DNA of 64,000 bases from the NCBI GenBank assembly GCA_965649765.1, contig OZ287750.1:68882001-68946000 (forward strand), read 5' to 3'. Under the pieces are notes generated by a model. The model had not been told where the DNA came from. It saw only the letters and a program-made list of their open reading frames with translations, and did no database searches. The first letter of the stretch is position 1, and the number at the start of each line of letters is the position of its first letter. Both the position numbers and the translations under genes were made by a program. The DNA comes from Bispira polyomma. Its lineage: Eukaryota. Below are positions 52,920-64,000 of the stretch, in pieces.

Positions 52920-54923
52920 AATTAAGCGTCCCTTGAAAAAGGCGCTTATTTGGTTTCACCCCTGGTTGTGCCGCCGCCTGTGCCGCCGCCGCATGGTCTT
53001 CCTTGAATATCTCCTTCAATATTATCTGCATCAAAATTATTTTTGGCAGTTCTCTTAATCAGGATTGGGAAATTTTTTTCATATTCTTGGCTTTGAACTT
53101 TGGCCTACTTAAATGTCAGGTGACCCTGAGGGTGTAAAAGTGCTTGTCACTAGGTTTTCTCAAAAACATTCATCATAGCTTAATGAAATTTGGTATGTAC
53201 CTTGGTAAGGCAATTTTCAGGACGAGAGACGCTGATGAGATTAATCGGGTGATAATTTACTGATTGCCAACCGATTGATTTTTATTGAAATGCGAAAAAT
53301 CGGTACTTTTTTGCTATCTCGGAAACTATTGGGATTTGGGCTTTTTCTTGGTATAAGTTATTCATCTACTTTTTGATTTTATGTATGATGTAAAAATTTC
53401 ACAGTTCTAAGTCCAGTACTCAATGAGTACTGAGTACTTCAAATGAGTATTTTGCTCTATTTTGCTCTATCTTGCACTTTTATCAACTTTTCTTTTGAAG
53501 TACTTGTCATAGTTCAATGAAAATTAGCATGCACATTGCAAGTACCAAAGCATAGATGTCCGTAAATTTTTAGATCAATCTGGTGATAATCGACTGATTG
53601 ACAGGGTCGATCAATCATACAAAATGGGGAAAAATATGTGTTGATGGGTGCTTTTTTGAGCGTGTGAGGATTTTTTTTATTTTTAATTTTAGACCAGTAC
53701 ATGCAGCACGTAACTTTTAAAGAATAGCCTGAATTTGTATTTATTTTTTACCCCATCCAAAAAGATGCGATCGTTACTGATATAAAACGATTTTAATTTC
53801 AAACATTTTAAAAATTAAGGTTTTTTTTTAAATGTCCATTATCTCGGAAAATTTCAATTTTGGCGGCCATTTTGAATTTCTGCGTCTTTTTGTGAAAATG
53901 TCCGTTATCTCGGAAACGGTGCTAGATAGAGCGATTTCGAGCTCATTTTCGATCCACAGGGTTGATTTTACTTATATGTAAACTTTTAAAAAAATTTCAA
54001 TTTTGGCGGCCATCTTGAATTTCTGCGTCTTTTTCGAAAACGTCCGTTATCTCGGAAACGGTGCTAGATAGAGCGATTTCGAGCTCATTTTTGACCCACA
54101 GGGTTGATTTTGCTTATATGTAAACTTTAAAAAAAATTTCAATTTTGGCGGCCATTTTGAATTTCTGCGTCTTTTTGCGAAAATGTCCGTTATCTCAGAA
54201 ACGGTGCTAGATAGAGCGATTTCGAGCTCATTTTCGATCCACAGGGTTGATTTTACTTATATGTAATCATTCAAAAAATTTTTAATTTTGGCGGCCATCT
54301 TGAGTTTCTGGGACTTTTACGAAAATGTCCTTTATCTCGGAAACGGTGCTAGATAGAGCGATTTCGAGCTCATTTTCGATCCACAGAGTTGATTTTACTT
54401 ATATGTAAACTTTTTTAAAAATTTTAATTTTGTCGGCCATCTTGAATTTCTGCGTCTTTTTCGAAAATGTCATTTATCTTGGAAACGGTGCTAGATAGAC
54501 CGATTTTGAGCTCATTTTCAATCCACAGGGTTGATTTTGCTTATATTTAAACTTTTAAAAAAATGTTACATTTTGGCGGCCATCTTGAATTTCTGCGTCT
54601 TTTTCGAAAATGTCCTTTATCTCAGAACCGGTGCTAGATAGAGCGATTTCAATCTCCTTTTCGACTCATAGGGTTGATTTTTCTTTTATGTAAATTTTTA
54701 TAGTAATTTTTGATTTGGGCAACCATCTTCAATTTCTGCGTCTTTTTAAAAAACGTCTGTTATCTCGGAAATGGTGATCCTTTTCGAGCTTACATTGACC
54801 AAAAGTGCTGATTCTGCTTATATGGCAACTTTTAAACAATATCAAACCTTGTACACTAAACAATTTCATTATTATTTCAACTTTAGGGACGCTTCGTTTT
54901 TGTTATCAAAAACCGTTTTCTAG
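52920..54923 (+). mobile_element. Helentron/HINE element (7 full plus 1 truncated satellite unit) in the leader of the TatD element
   Basis: Same termini as the 43886 copy; units recur every 142-143 bp (53906, 54048, 54191, 54333, 54475, 54618, 54761). Confidence 0.88.
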
Positions 54924-55851
54924 TTTATTTTTGGCCAAAACTTGAATCAGAAGCAAATTGTGTGTACTAAAGCAAATCGACAAATGCCACGATTCACACT
55001 ATATATATTTTTATATTTTTTAGTTTAGTACACTGAATCGCACTTATACTCAGTACAATGTAATATTAATTACACACACAATTCACAGTAAATTTTTATA
55101 TCACCAAATTAGGTACAAACTCACTGTATATCCCTTCAATTTTCAAAACTGAAAGATAGCACAATATAATTTTTACACATAAACACAACTTGCCACTTAA
55201 TAAATTGTGTAAATTATTTTTAAAATTTTTAACCACAAGGAAACCAGATATAAAAAAGTGCTACGTCTACACCAATTTACTTCTGGTACCAAGTAAACAC
55301 TCACCTTATTGCAACAGTATGCTAGTGAAACACCAACCACGCAACAAGTTTAATATTGCTATTTTCGGGGAAGTTCCGGCCGTTAACAGTTATTATTGTA
55401 ATACATATGTAAAAGCCTTTGTTTTTAAGTCACCATGACGTGATAGAAGAATAAATTCTTGATCCACGATATCGTTACATGAGTCACGCCGTAATTTGAA
55501 ATATTTAAATTTGAATCTTTTAATGTGCTAACAGTGACTTGCAACAAAGTTAATATAAAACACTGATATATGTTGTTATCCTCGATGTGCAATTTACTGA
55601 CAAGTCGTAAAATATATCACTCGTATATTATTTAAAAATTGCACACATATTATTAAACGTATGTAACGAGCTAATAGTTTTAGGTGCAGATCATAACTAC
55701 AAGGTCAAGACTAGGTCAGACCAGAATGTTTCTTTTCTAAAAGTCTTTGAGGAATATTTGTATAAACCCATGAATTTTTTGTGACTGTATAATATTTTTG
55801 CGACAATGTCAGTTATATCTAACATGTTTCCAGTTTGAAGGCACCTTTAGG

Positions 55852-56756
55852 TTATTATATCCACCGGAAAACTACAGTGGATATATTAGATTACGCTTTG
55901 TTACGCCGCTGCCGCGTCAGTGTGTGTAGAGATTTTACCGTTACCGCTCTCCTGGGAAAATTGTTACACTTAGGCTCCTGAAATTTACAGGAAATGGTCT
56001 TTATTACAAAAGCTTGCCTGGGAGCAATTTTGGCCTCATTTTGAATAACAAGATGGCCGTCACAGGCGTTTCTTTAAAAATAATCAGGCTTTTAACTTGT
56101 GTCTGTTTCTCAACTGTAAAAGGTTGAATCTCTTTATGGGTGGTATGTTTAACGGATATATATGTGCCGTGTAAGCAGGTAGACATTTGACCTTAAATCT
56201 GCTCATTCAAGGTCATCGACAGAGGGCCAAAGTACCCCAAGTGACCGATTTTGGCCAAACTTAAAAGTGCCTATATCTCGCTTAATATTGGTCCTAGAGG
56301 TTTTTGTTGTGAAACCAACCTATAGGAAATCATGGCTTGGGAATCTTTTGATGTGGTCTGATTTGACCTTGGACCCCTTGTTCAAGGTCAGTCTTGGTCA
56401 AACATAAAAGTGCCTATATCTCACTTATTATTGGTCGTAGAGGTTACGGATGTGAAACCAATCTATAGGAAATCATGGGCTAGTAATCTTTTGCTGTGGT
56501 TAGATTTTACCTTGAACCCCTCATGCAAGGTCAAACGAGTGGGCCAAAATTTTAAAGTGCCTATCTCACACTTATTATTGGTCCCACAGGTTTGCAATGT
56601 AAAACCCACTTTTGCCATTTAAGGCTGTAGCATAAATGCAATATTGAAAATCATAGGCTTCTAGCTTGGGTGCTACCTAGGGTGCTTGCTACCTAGGGTG
56701 CTTTGTCTTTTTGGTGGATACAAATATGCATCGGTTCTCCGATGTGCTAGGTCTAG
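55852..56756 (+). mobile_element. Helentron/HINE element, third family
   Basis: TATCCACC / GGTGGATA subterminal inverted repeats, hairpin CATCGG-TTCT-CCGATG, CTAG end, and about 2.5 internal ~145-bp units (AAAAGTGCCTATATCTC). Confidence 0.75.
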
Positions 56757-57540
56757 TCAGCAATGGTACACAAATTAGACATATCTAGTATATCTGAGAA
56801 GACCATTAGGTCTACAATATAATCTCAATATCAAACATATTGCAGCAAAATCAAAATGATGTAGAGATCTGAGTTCAGGTAAAACCATACAACTCCTGCA
56901 AAGAATTTATATTAGAACACTAATGAGGGAACAAAAGGCTATAACAGTTAATTTCGCCCCATCCTGAATGAACAAAATCTTTAGTTAATCAACTAAGGCT
57001 ATTTATAGTGATGAGTGATGCACTGTCTTATAGGAGTTGGTGTAGTTTTTATCAGCGCTATGTTCATAAAATACTTATCAATGTTAAAGGTCAATTTTCA
57101 TGAACAAAATGGCTGTCACAGCCAAAGCGGCAGTGATTATTTGAAGGATAGATGCATTAGTCGACTGACAAATATAGCGACTCGAACAGCTGTCTTTTTA
57201 TTGTAGATGTGCACATAGATCATACTAAACCTCTAAACTATAAAAACTCTAATAGATCCTCTCAAATATCGCAACAACAAATAAAAAAAGCTTAAAGGTA
57301 ATTTATAAAATCTTGGCACATCACCTAATCACTACAGTTAACTAGACATCTGTTTATGGGGCCCTTTTTCGTGGTAAATTTTTCAACGTGTTGGAGGTGC
57401 ATGGCAGTAACTTATTTTATTACTTTTGTCAGGAGATTGTCTTTACATTTCTGTTTGTAGGTGTAATAAATCAAAACGGACATATGTGACAATTAATCGG
57501 TCAATAATAAATTAAAAAAATATTCAGCTGTTGTTTAAGT

Positions 57541-59113
57541 AATTAAGCGTCCCTTGAAAAGGGCGCTTATTTGGTTTCACCCCTGGTTTCCTCGCTGCTG
57601 CCGCCGCGTGGTCTTCCTTGAATATCTCCTTCAATATTATCTGCATCAAAATTATTTTTGGCAGTTCTCTTAACCAGGAGTGGGAAATTTTTTTCATATT
57701 GTTGGCTTTGAACTTTGGCCTACTTAAATGTCAGGTGACTCTGGGGGTGTAAAAGTGCTTGTCACTAGGTTTTCTCAGAAAGTATTTATCATAGCTCAAT
57801 GAAATATGGTGTGTACCTTGGTAAGGCAATTTTCAGGACGCTGATAAGATTAATCGGATGATAATTGACCGATTACCAACCGATTTATTTTTATTGAAAT
57901 GCGAAAAATCGGTACTTTTTTGCTATCTCGGAAACTATTGGGATTTGGGCTTTTTCTTGGTATAAGTTATTCATCTACTTTTTGATTTTATGTAAATTTT
58001 TAGATCAATCTGGTGATAATTGACTGATTGACAGGGTCGATCAATCGTACAAAATGGGGAAAAAATGTGTTGATGGGTGCTTTTTTGAGCGTGTGAGGAT
58101 TTTTTTTATTTGTAATTTTAGACCAGTACATGCAGCGTGTAACTTTTAAAGAATAGCCTGAACTTTTATTTTTTTACCCCATCCAAAAATATGCAATCGT
58201 TACTGATATAAAACGATTTCAATTTCAAAAATTTTAAAAATTAAGTTTTTTTTTAAACGTCCATTATTTCGGAAACGGTGCTGGATAGAGCGATTTCGAG
58301 CTCATTTTCTACCTAGAGGGTTGATTTTGCTTGTATATAAACTTTCAAAAAATTTTCAATTTTAGCGGCCAACTTGAATTTCTGCGTCTTTTTCGAAAAT
58401 GGACGTTTTCTCGAAAACGGTACTAGATAGAGCAATTTCGAGCTCATTTTCGACCCGCAGGGTTGATTTTGCTAATATGTATACTTTCAAAAAAGTTTCA
58501 ATTTCTTGAATTTCTGCATCTTTTTCAAAAATGTCCGTTCTCTCGGAAACGGTGCTAGATAGAGCAATTTCGAGCTCATTTTCGACCCACAGGGTTGATT
58601 TTGCTAATATGTATACTTTCCAAAAATTTTCATTTTTGGCGGTCATCTTGAATTTCTGCATCTTTTTCGAAAATGGACGTTATCTTGAAAACGGTGCTAG
58701 ATAGAGCAATTTCGAGCTCATTTTCAACCCACAGGGTTGATTTGGCATATATGTAAACTTTTGAAAAAATGTTGAATTTCTGCATCTTTTACGAAAATGT
58801 CCTTTGTCTCGGAAATGGTGATAGATAGAGCGATTTCAAGCTCATTTTCGACCCATAGGGCTAATTTTTCTTATATGTAAACTTTTGAAGTAATTTTTGA
58901 CTTGGGCAACCATCTTCAATTTCTGCGTATTTGTAGTAAACGTCTGTTATTTCAGAAACGGTGCTACAAAGAACGATTTTGAGCTTATATTCGACCAAAA
59001 ATGCTGCTTATGTGTCAACTTTTAAACAATATCAAATCTTGTACACTAAACAATTTCATTATTATTTCAACTTTAGGGACGCTTCATTTTTGTTATCAAA
59101 AACAGTTTTCTAG
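57541..59113 (+). mobile_element. Helentron/HINE element (6 satellite units, internal deletion) just upstream of the AKAP7-like coding exon
   Basis: Same termini and core as the 43886 and 52920 copies; lacks the block between TTTTATGTA and AATTTTTAGATC. Confidence 0.88.
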
Positions 59114-59305
59114 TTATTGTTTAATTTACAGGTGGAGTTGTAGAAGATTTATGGGTGATATTGCAAATAAAATAGACTCTTGTATGGATCTTTGGGACTT
59201 GTGTTTTCTGTAGGCAGTAGACATGGCAGCATGTGATAAAATAATGGAATACCCATTGACATGAAACTGTTACATGCCTAGTGTACTGTTATCAGTATTA
59301 ATATT

Positions 59306-60089
59306 ATGCTTCGTACCTTCTGTGTACAGTTGTACAAGCAATTTCAAATATGTAGGTATAGGATTCATCTAAACAAGAAGGACAGTTCAAAGAGAATGGC
59401 ATCTAGTGCTCAACATGTGCCAGAAATATTGCATGCACCTGGAATTTTTATTGTACGATCACCAAAGGTTATGGAAAACTTACCAAGTCTTGATAATGTG
59501 CAAGAAACTGTAGGCAGTAAGTTTAGTGCAGCTGAAACTAAAGAGCCAGAACACAATGTTGGGTGTAAATCTTATGAAGGAATAATTCTTAGTACAGTAT
59601 CTAGTCAGGAAACAACAGCAATTCGTGGAAAACTGGATCTTATCACAGAGAGTCCGAGGGATATTGATCCTCATTTATTTGGTTGTATGTCAGAAACATG
59701 CTCCAGTCATGACAGTTTGGAGGATCTCTATCAACCTGATTCAGCCATGAATGAAAGTAATGCAAAAGACAATAGCCAAGTAAAAGAGGAGCACTATGAT
59801 GGAGTAGAATCTGTCACAAGTAAAGTGTCAGCCAATTCAGCAACGAAAGACAGTTCTATAGAACACGACGGTCAGCCAGGTAACTGGTGTGTCAAAGAAG
59901 CTAATGTTTATGGTATAGACAAGAAGGAAGACATATCAACTAGTTTATCGTCAAAGCAGTCTGTACTTCCCAATGAGGTGTTACAGCAAGTGACATCCTT
60001 TGTCCAAGAAAAACTTGAAAGTAACCCATCTGAAATCACTGAGGCCAACAAAGTGACCAGTCAGGTAGCAGTACAGGACCACAAACAAG
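59306..60089 (+). CDS. AKAP7: Probable first coding exon of the AKAP7-like gene (acidic, Ser-rich N-terminal extension)
   Basis: Long open frame ending at a phase-1 donor CAAG|GTATGT, compatible with the phase-1 acceptor at 60917. Linkage is inferred from phase and position only. Confidence 0.6.
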
Positions 60090-60916
60090 GTATGTTTCTG
60101 ACAGTGTTGTTTTCCAACAGTATGCGTATTATGAGTAGAGTTTGGAAATGTGAATAATTGTTGAAATAACAACTAATATGAAGTAAAATTTATAAAGAAA
60201 TCATCATATTCAATTAAACTTAAATTTTATTATTGAATATATTGATGGAAAAGGTGTTTGTTATTAATATGCTACAGTTTCATCATTTTGCAGGTAATAC
60301 ATACTATATTTTATTAATGCTTTTGCATTAACATACTTTTCCATCTAAATCTACGTACAAAAAAAATTATTGTTAAGTCAGATTCTCCTTTCCTCAGTGA
60401 CTGATGACGCTGCCTGTACTAGTGACACCTGTGATATATTCATACTTTTTTCTTGTAAGATCATCCTCAAGTAGAGTTAAAGGCAATTTAAAGCATTGTG
60501 TGTTTGAATAAGTTTTCAATATAATGTATCTCTACTTCTGTCAAAGCCCAAAATACAGAAAATATCTAATACTAAAGGTGACAAAGTTGCTGACCTTGTA
60601 TTACAGGTTATTTGTTCTTATACATTTGATCACATTCCTACTTGTGTTGTTATAACTGATTGTATGATTAAAAAGCCAGTTTAAATTATCATTTTAAAGT
60701 TTACATAGAAAACCTTTTATGTTCTCACTGATCTGGACACTTAAAAAAGTGTTTTGCATTTTTAGTGTTGTATCTTTCACTGCAGTAATCTCATTTCAAT
60801 AGATTTAAGAAATAATGTTGTCATGTTAGTTGTTTAAAACATGTGTGATAAAAGTACAAAACACATGGTTCATTTAAGATTGTATTGCATGTATTTAATT
60901 ACACAATCTTCTGAAG

Positions 60917-61071
60917 GACCCTACAATGTCTGTTTACAAAATGACAAGAAAAAATCCAAGAAAAGGAAGAACAATGAACGTACAGAGAAGAAAGCTCTGG
61001 TAAAGAATGAGAAAAGACGGAGAAACACCCCACCCAATTATTTCTTGTCTGTCCAGATTTCAAACCCTATT
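60917..61071 (+). CDS. AKAP7: AKAP7-like exon (basic NLS-like tract and start of the 2H domain)
   Basis: KKKSKKRK...PPNYFLSVQISNPI matches the AKAP7 PNYFLS motif; donor |GTAAGT. The acceptor is less certain. Confidence 0.8.
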
Positions 61072-61866
61072 GTAAGTAATGATATAACAAAAAAAAAATA
61101 AAGATATCTCAATAACTGTTTGAACAATATACTGCAATAGCAAATTGGAAAAGAAATATATATAAAAGGTATATCCAATTTTGACGACCATTTAGAATTT
61201 CTGTGTCTATTTCGAAAATCTCTAAAATGGTGCGAGATAAGCAATTTTTACCTTATTTATTTTCGACCTGCTAGTGGCCATCTTGAATTTCTGCATTTTT
61301 TCGAAAATATTTTGTATCCAAAACATTGCGAGATACAGCAATTTTGGCCTCTTTTTGGTGTATTCAACTTATGGCAAGTAAATTTTTTAATTTTGGCAGC
61401 GATCTTGAATTTCTGCTTCTTTTTCTAAAACGTCCATTATGTCTAAAACGGTTAGAGATAGAGCACTTTTGACCTCAATTTTGCCCTCTAGGGTGTACTA
61501 AATGGTATACAGCAAACTTTTCAAAGATTTTCGTTGTGGTGGCTAATTATAATGAGCTCCTCCCAAAAAAATCATTGTGTAAAGACAATTTTTAAGAAGA
61601 AAACCCTCGTTACTATCTATAAGATGCATACAGATATCTATCATATGCGGACATCACATATTTAATAATTTTCCTTTAAGAAAAACCTTTTTCTAGGTGT
61701 AAGTTATAAATACATTCAAATCTGCACTGGAGGGGGGAGGAAGGGGGGGGTTAGGGCACAATGTGCAGAGTATAAATTTAAACTGGCTAGAAAAAGGGGA
61801 TTAAACATCATATCCTTTGCATGATGTATTGCTATGTTTAGGGAATATACACATTATTGTTGTCAG

Positions 61867-62003
61867 ATCCATCAGAATGTGGAGACAGTTCAAAAGTACA
61901 TGCTAGAAGGCCAGAGTGACTTGCAGAAAGCTCTGGTCTCTGTACCCACTCTACATCTCACACTCATGGTGATGCACCTGGCCAGCAAGGAGGACATAGC
62001 TAA
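61867..62003 (+). CDS. AKAP7: AKAP7-like exon with the first HxT motif
   Basis: TGTCAG| acceptor; encodes IHQNVETVQ...ALVSVPTLHLTLMVMHL; phase-2 donor AA|GTAGGT. Confidence 0.88.
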
Positions 62004-62957
62004 GTAGGTAATTACAGTCAAGTCTGAAAAGTTAGCAGCAAGTAGTGATTGCCATGGGATTTTTGAATTGGTGTAAATAACATTTAGCTTTTCATTTAGG
62101 TATCACATTTAAAAGAAAGTTTAAAAATTATGACACAATCTTGTGTACCGACACCCTTGGCTGTTAATCTGTCTAAATAAGCTAGTTGTGTCAGATTGCT
62201 TGCCAGGACCTGGTGGAGTATCCATGATAACAGTTGCCAAAGGTGGTGTGGACAGCCGAATCTTGCATAATACACACTGCTGTGTCAAAATTCGGCATCC
62301 AGATAGTCTGTATTACACCGTCTGTCTGAACCAAGTTATGTGTCAAGTTTGGTAGAAGTGATGAATCTATAATTAAGTTTCAAAGCCATTGTTTTAGGTT
62401 TTACAATGATGTTTAGCTTCAATGGCTAGAAATTAAAAGTTGTAAGTTCAAATAAAAGTCGTCACATCTATGTTCAGTGAATGTTTTATGTCTGTTCTAA
62501 TAGTTTTGAAAGAATGACAAATAGAAAACTCTTCTGGTAAAGCCTCTTTTATTTGAACACCATGGAAAAGAAAAAATTTACATAATAGAAGTTTTTAAAA
62601 TAGATTATTTTTTTGTATGGCACCATAGGAACATCTTAATTAGCACAGTAGAAATAAGTGTACTTGCAGGAAGAATCTTTATTTAGTTAAAGATTACTCT
62701 ATTATCCATAATAAATGGTCAAACTTGCAATGGCACCCTAAGCATTTCAGATGAATTATGTACTCTTCTTTACTTCCAGGATGTCTTCATCCCATGATGT
62801 TTGTATAAATAGCGTGTGTTCCCTTTGCTATTTACTCTCTTGCTAAAACCTTGTCTGTGAATCTTTTGATTCAAGAACTTTTCATTTGCACATGTGTGTG
62901 TCAGAACATTTAATTTTTACCAGTTGAAATATACTTAAAATAGTCACATCATTTCAG

Positions 62958-63115
62958 AGCAGCAGATATACTTACGGGTTGCCAACCTTTCATTGACAAC
63001 TGGATGAAAGAGGCAGAACTGCTGGAGTTATCAGGTATTGGTCATTTCAAGGATGAAGTCGTGTTTGTAAAGATTCCTAATGAAAAACAACTGAACTGGT
63101 TACAGGAGCTTGCAG
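62958..63115 (+). CDS. AKAP7: AKAP7-like exon
   Basis: TTTCAG| acceptor (phase 2); encodes LELSGIGHFKDEVVFVK; donor CAG|GTATGT (phase 1). Confidence 0.88.
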
Positions 63116-63273
63116 GTATGTCATTGTAATATCTTGCATAAACATTACATTTTCATAGTCGCCTAACATTTATATTAATACTATACAATATTAGGTGTAC
63201 ATAAAACATATGAAACCGATAAACTTTGATTCATTTCAACTTTGTACTCATTCCTATAGCAGTGTACTTCCAG

Positions 63274-63387
63274 ATCACCTCACTTCAGTCTTCCAAGAAA
63301 ATGGCATATCTCCAAGTGACAACAAGGGATTCAAACCCCATATCACAATACTCAAACTCTCAAAAGCCCCATGGCTGAAGAAACAAG
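63274..63387 (+). CDS. AKAP7: AKAP7-like exon with the second HxT motif
   Basis: TTCCAG| acceptor (phase 1); encodes FQENGI...FKPHITILKLSKAPWLKKQG; donor AAG|GTACAT. The gene continues beyond this exon. Confidence 0.9.
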
Positions 63388-64000
63388 GTACATCTATAAA
63401 AACTTGTTTTAAGAATGTTTAAATAAACCCACTAGTCATTTAGTGAATGACATGTGCTATGTTGTTATATGTCTATCATCAGACTGTTGATTAATTTCAC
63501 TCTCTTGTAATTGCATGTATATTCAAGAAATTTGCAGAGCATTGAAATTACACTTTGGTATTAAAGATATTGCCTGTTATATAAAAACTATTGTTGGCTG
63601 TGTCAGTTTTCTATGGACACAGCTTTGTAAGCGTTGATGATATCCTGTTCATATTGGATGCAGTTTGTCAATACAGGGTTGTTAATAAAATTGTAGTCAA
63701 CTATTTTGTGTATTTAATAAACACTGTTATTACTATATGTACTGTAAATATACCTACCGATGTAGAATATTAAAAATATATAAATATTAGTCTGAATTCC
63801 ATTGTGTTATTTAGTTGCAGCTTTCGTTAGCTCTGAGCTTTGTTTTTTCAAATCTGATTTATTTTTAAGAGACTATATTTTTAATGCAGATTACCTGTAC
63901 ACTACAGTGTGTACAATGTAAATGGCAATAAAAAGAAGTGTTTGTATCAGTTAGATAAAACTGTAAGACAACTAGGAGTGCGGAAAAAGTCTTCCTTTAA

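Larger units (their letters stand above)
46796..55388 (-). mobile_element. Gypsy-type LTR element relic encoding gag, protease and TatD, without RT/RH/IN
   Basis: Candidate 3' LTR 46796-47096 (TG...CA) with purine tract AAAAGGGAA at 47097-47105 on -. Diverged 5' LTR part at 55249-55388 shares AAGTAAACACT.AC.TT.TTGCAACAG.ATGCTAGTG.AAACACCAACCAC.CAACAAG and is followed on - by TC+TGG (PBS geometry). Gag, protease and TatD all lie on -. Confidence 0.7.

Noticed and set aside
55230-55246. Assigning a specific primer tRNA to the PBS-like TGGTTTCCTTGTGG
   Set aside because: Only partial resemblance to tRNA-Glu or tRNA-Val 3' ends; it cannot be assigned without the species tRNA set.
60398-60580. 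Extra micro-exons of the AKAP7-like gene
   Set aside because: Acceptor-like sites exist, but donors are weak and frames close; not resolvable without transcripts.

Overview
AT-rich, repeat-dense genomic DNA from an animal. The transposon repertoire suggests a marine invertebrate, but that is inference. Host genes: a large signal-peptide/LRR exon (8634-10239, -), three spliceable exons of an ABCA transporter with no other ABCA exons recognisable in the window (13929-15760, -), and a multi-exon AKAP7-like 2H-phosphoesterase gene (59306 onward, +). Most of the rest is nested mobile DNA: a near-intact tyrosine-recombinase (DIRS-order) retrotransposon, a second gag-only DIRS relic, a Penelope relic split by an L2 LINE and a two-gene Harbinger, a decayed Gypsy interrupted by a CCCAG-type MITE, IS3EU-like MITEs, nested AcademH-like elements, several Helentron/HINE elements with internal satellites, and a tRNA-derived SINE. 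Two systems stand out. (1) The DIRS-order element seems to encode three products from one promoter: Gag, Gag-Pol through a canonical -1 frameshift signal, and an in-frame spliced Gag-N/tyrosine-recombinase fusion. (2) An LTR-type element carries gag, a -1 frameshift site, protease and then a TatD nuclease, with no RT, RNase H or integrase. All calls are by eye; no alignments or searches were run.
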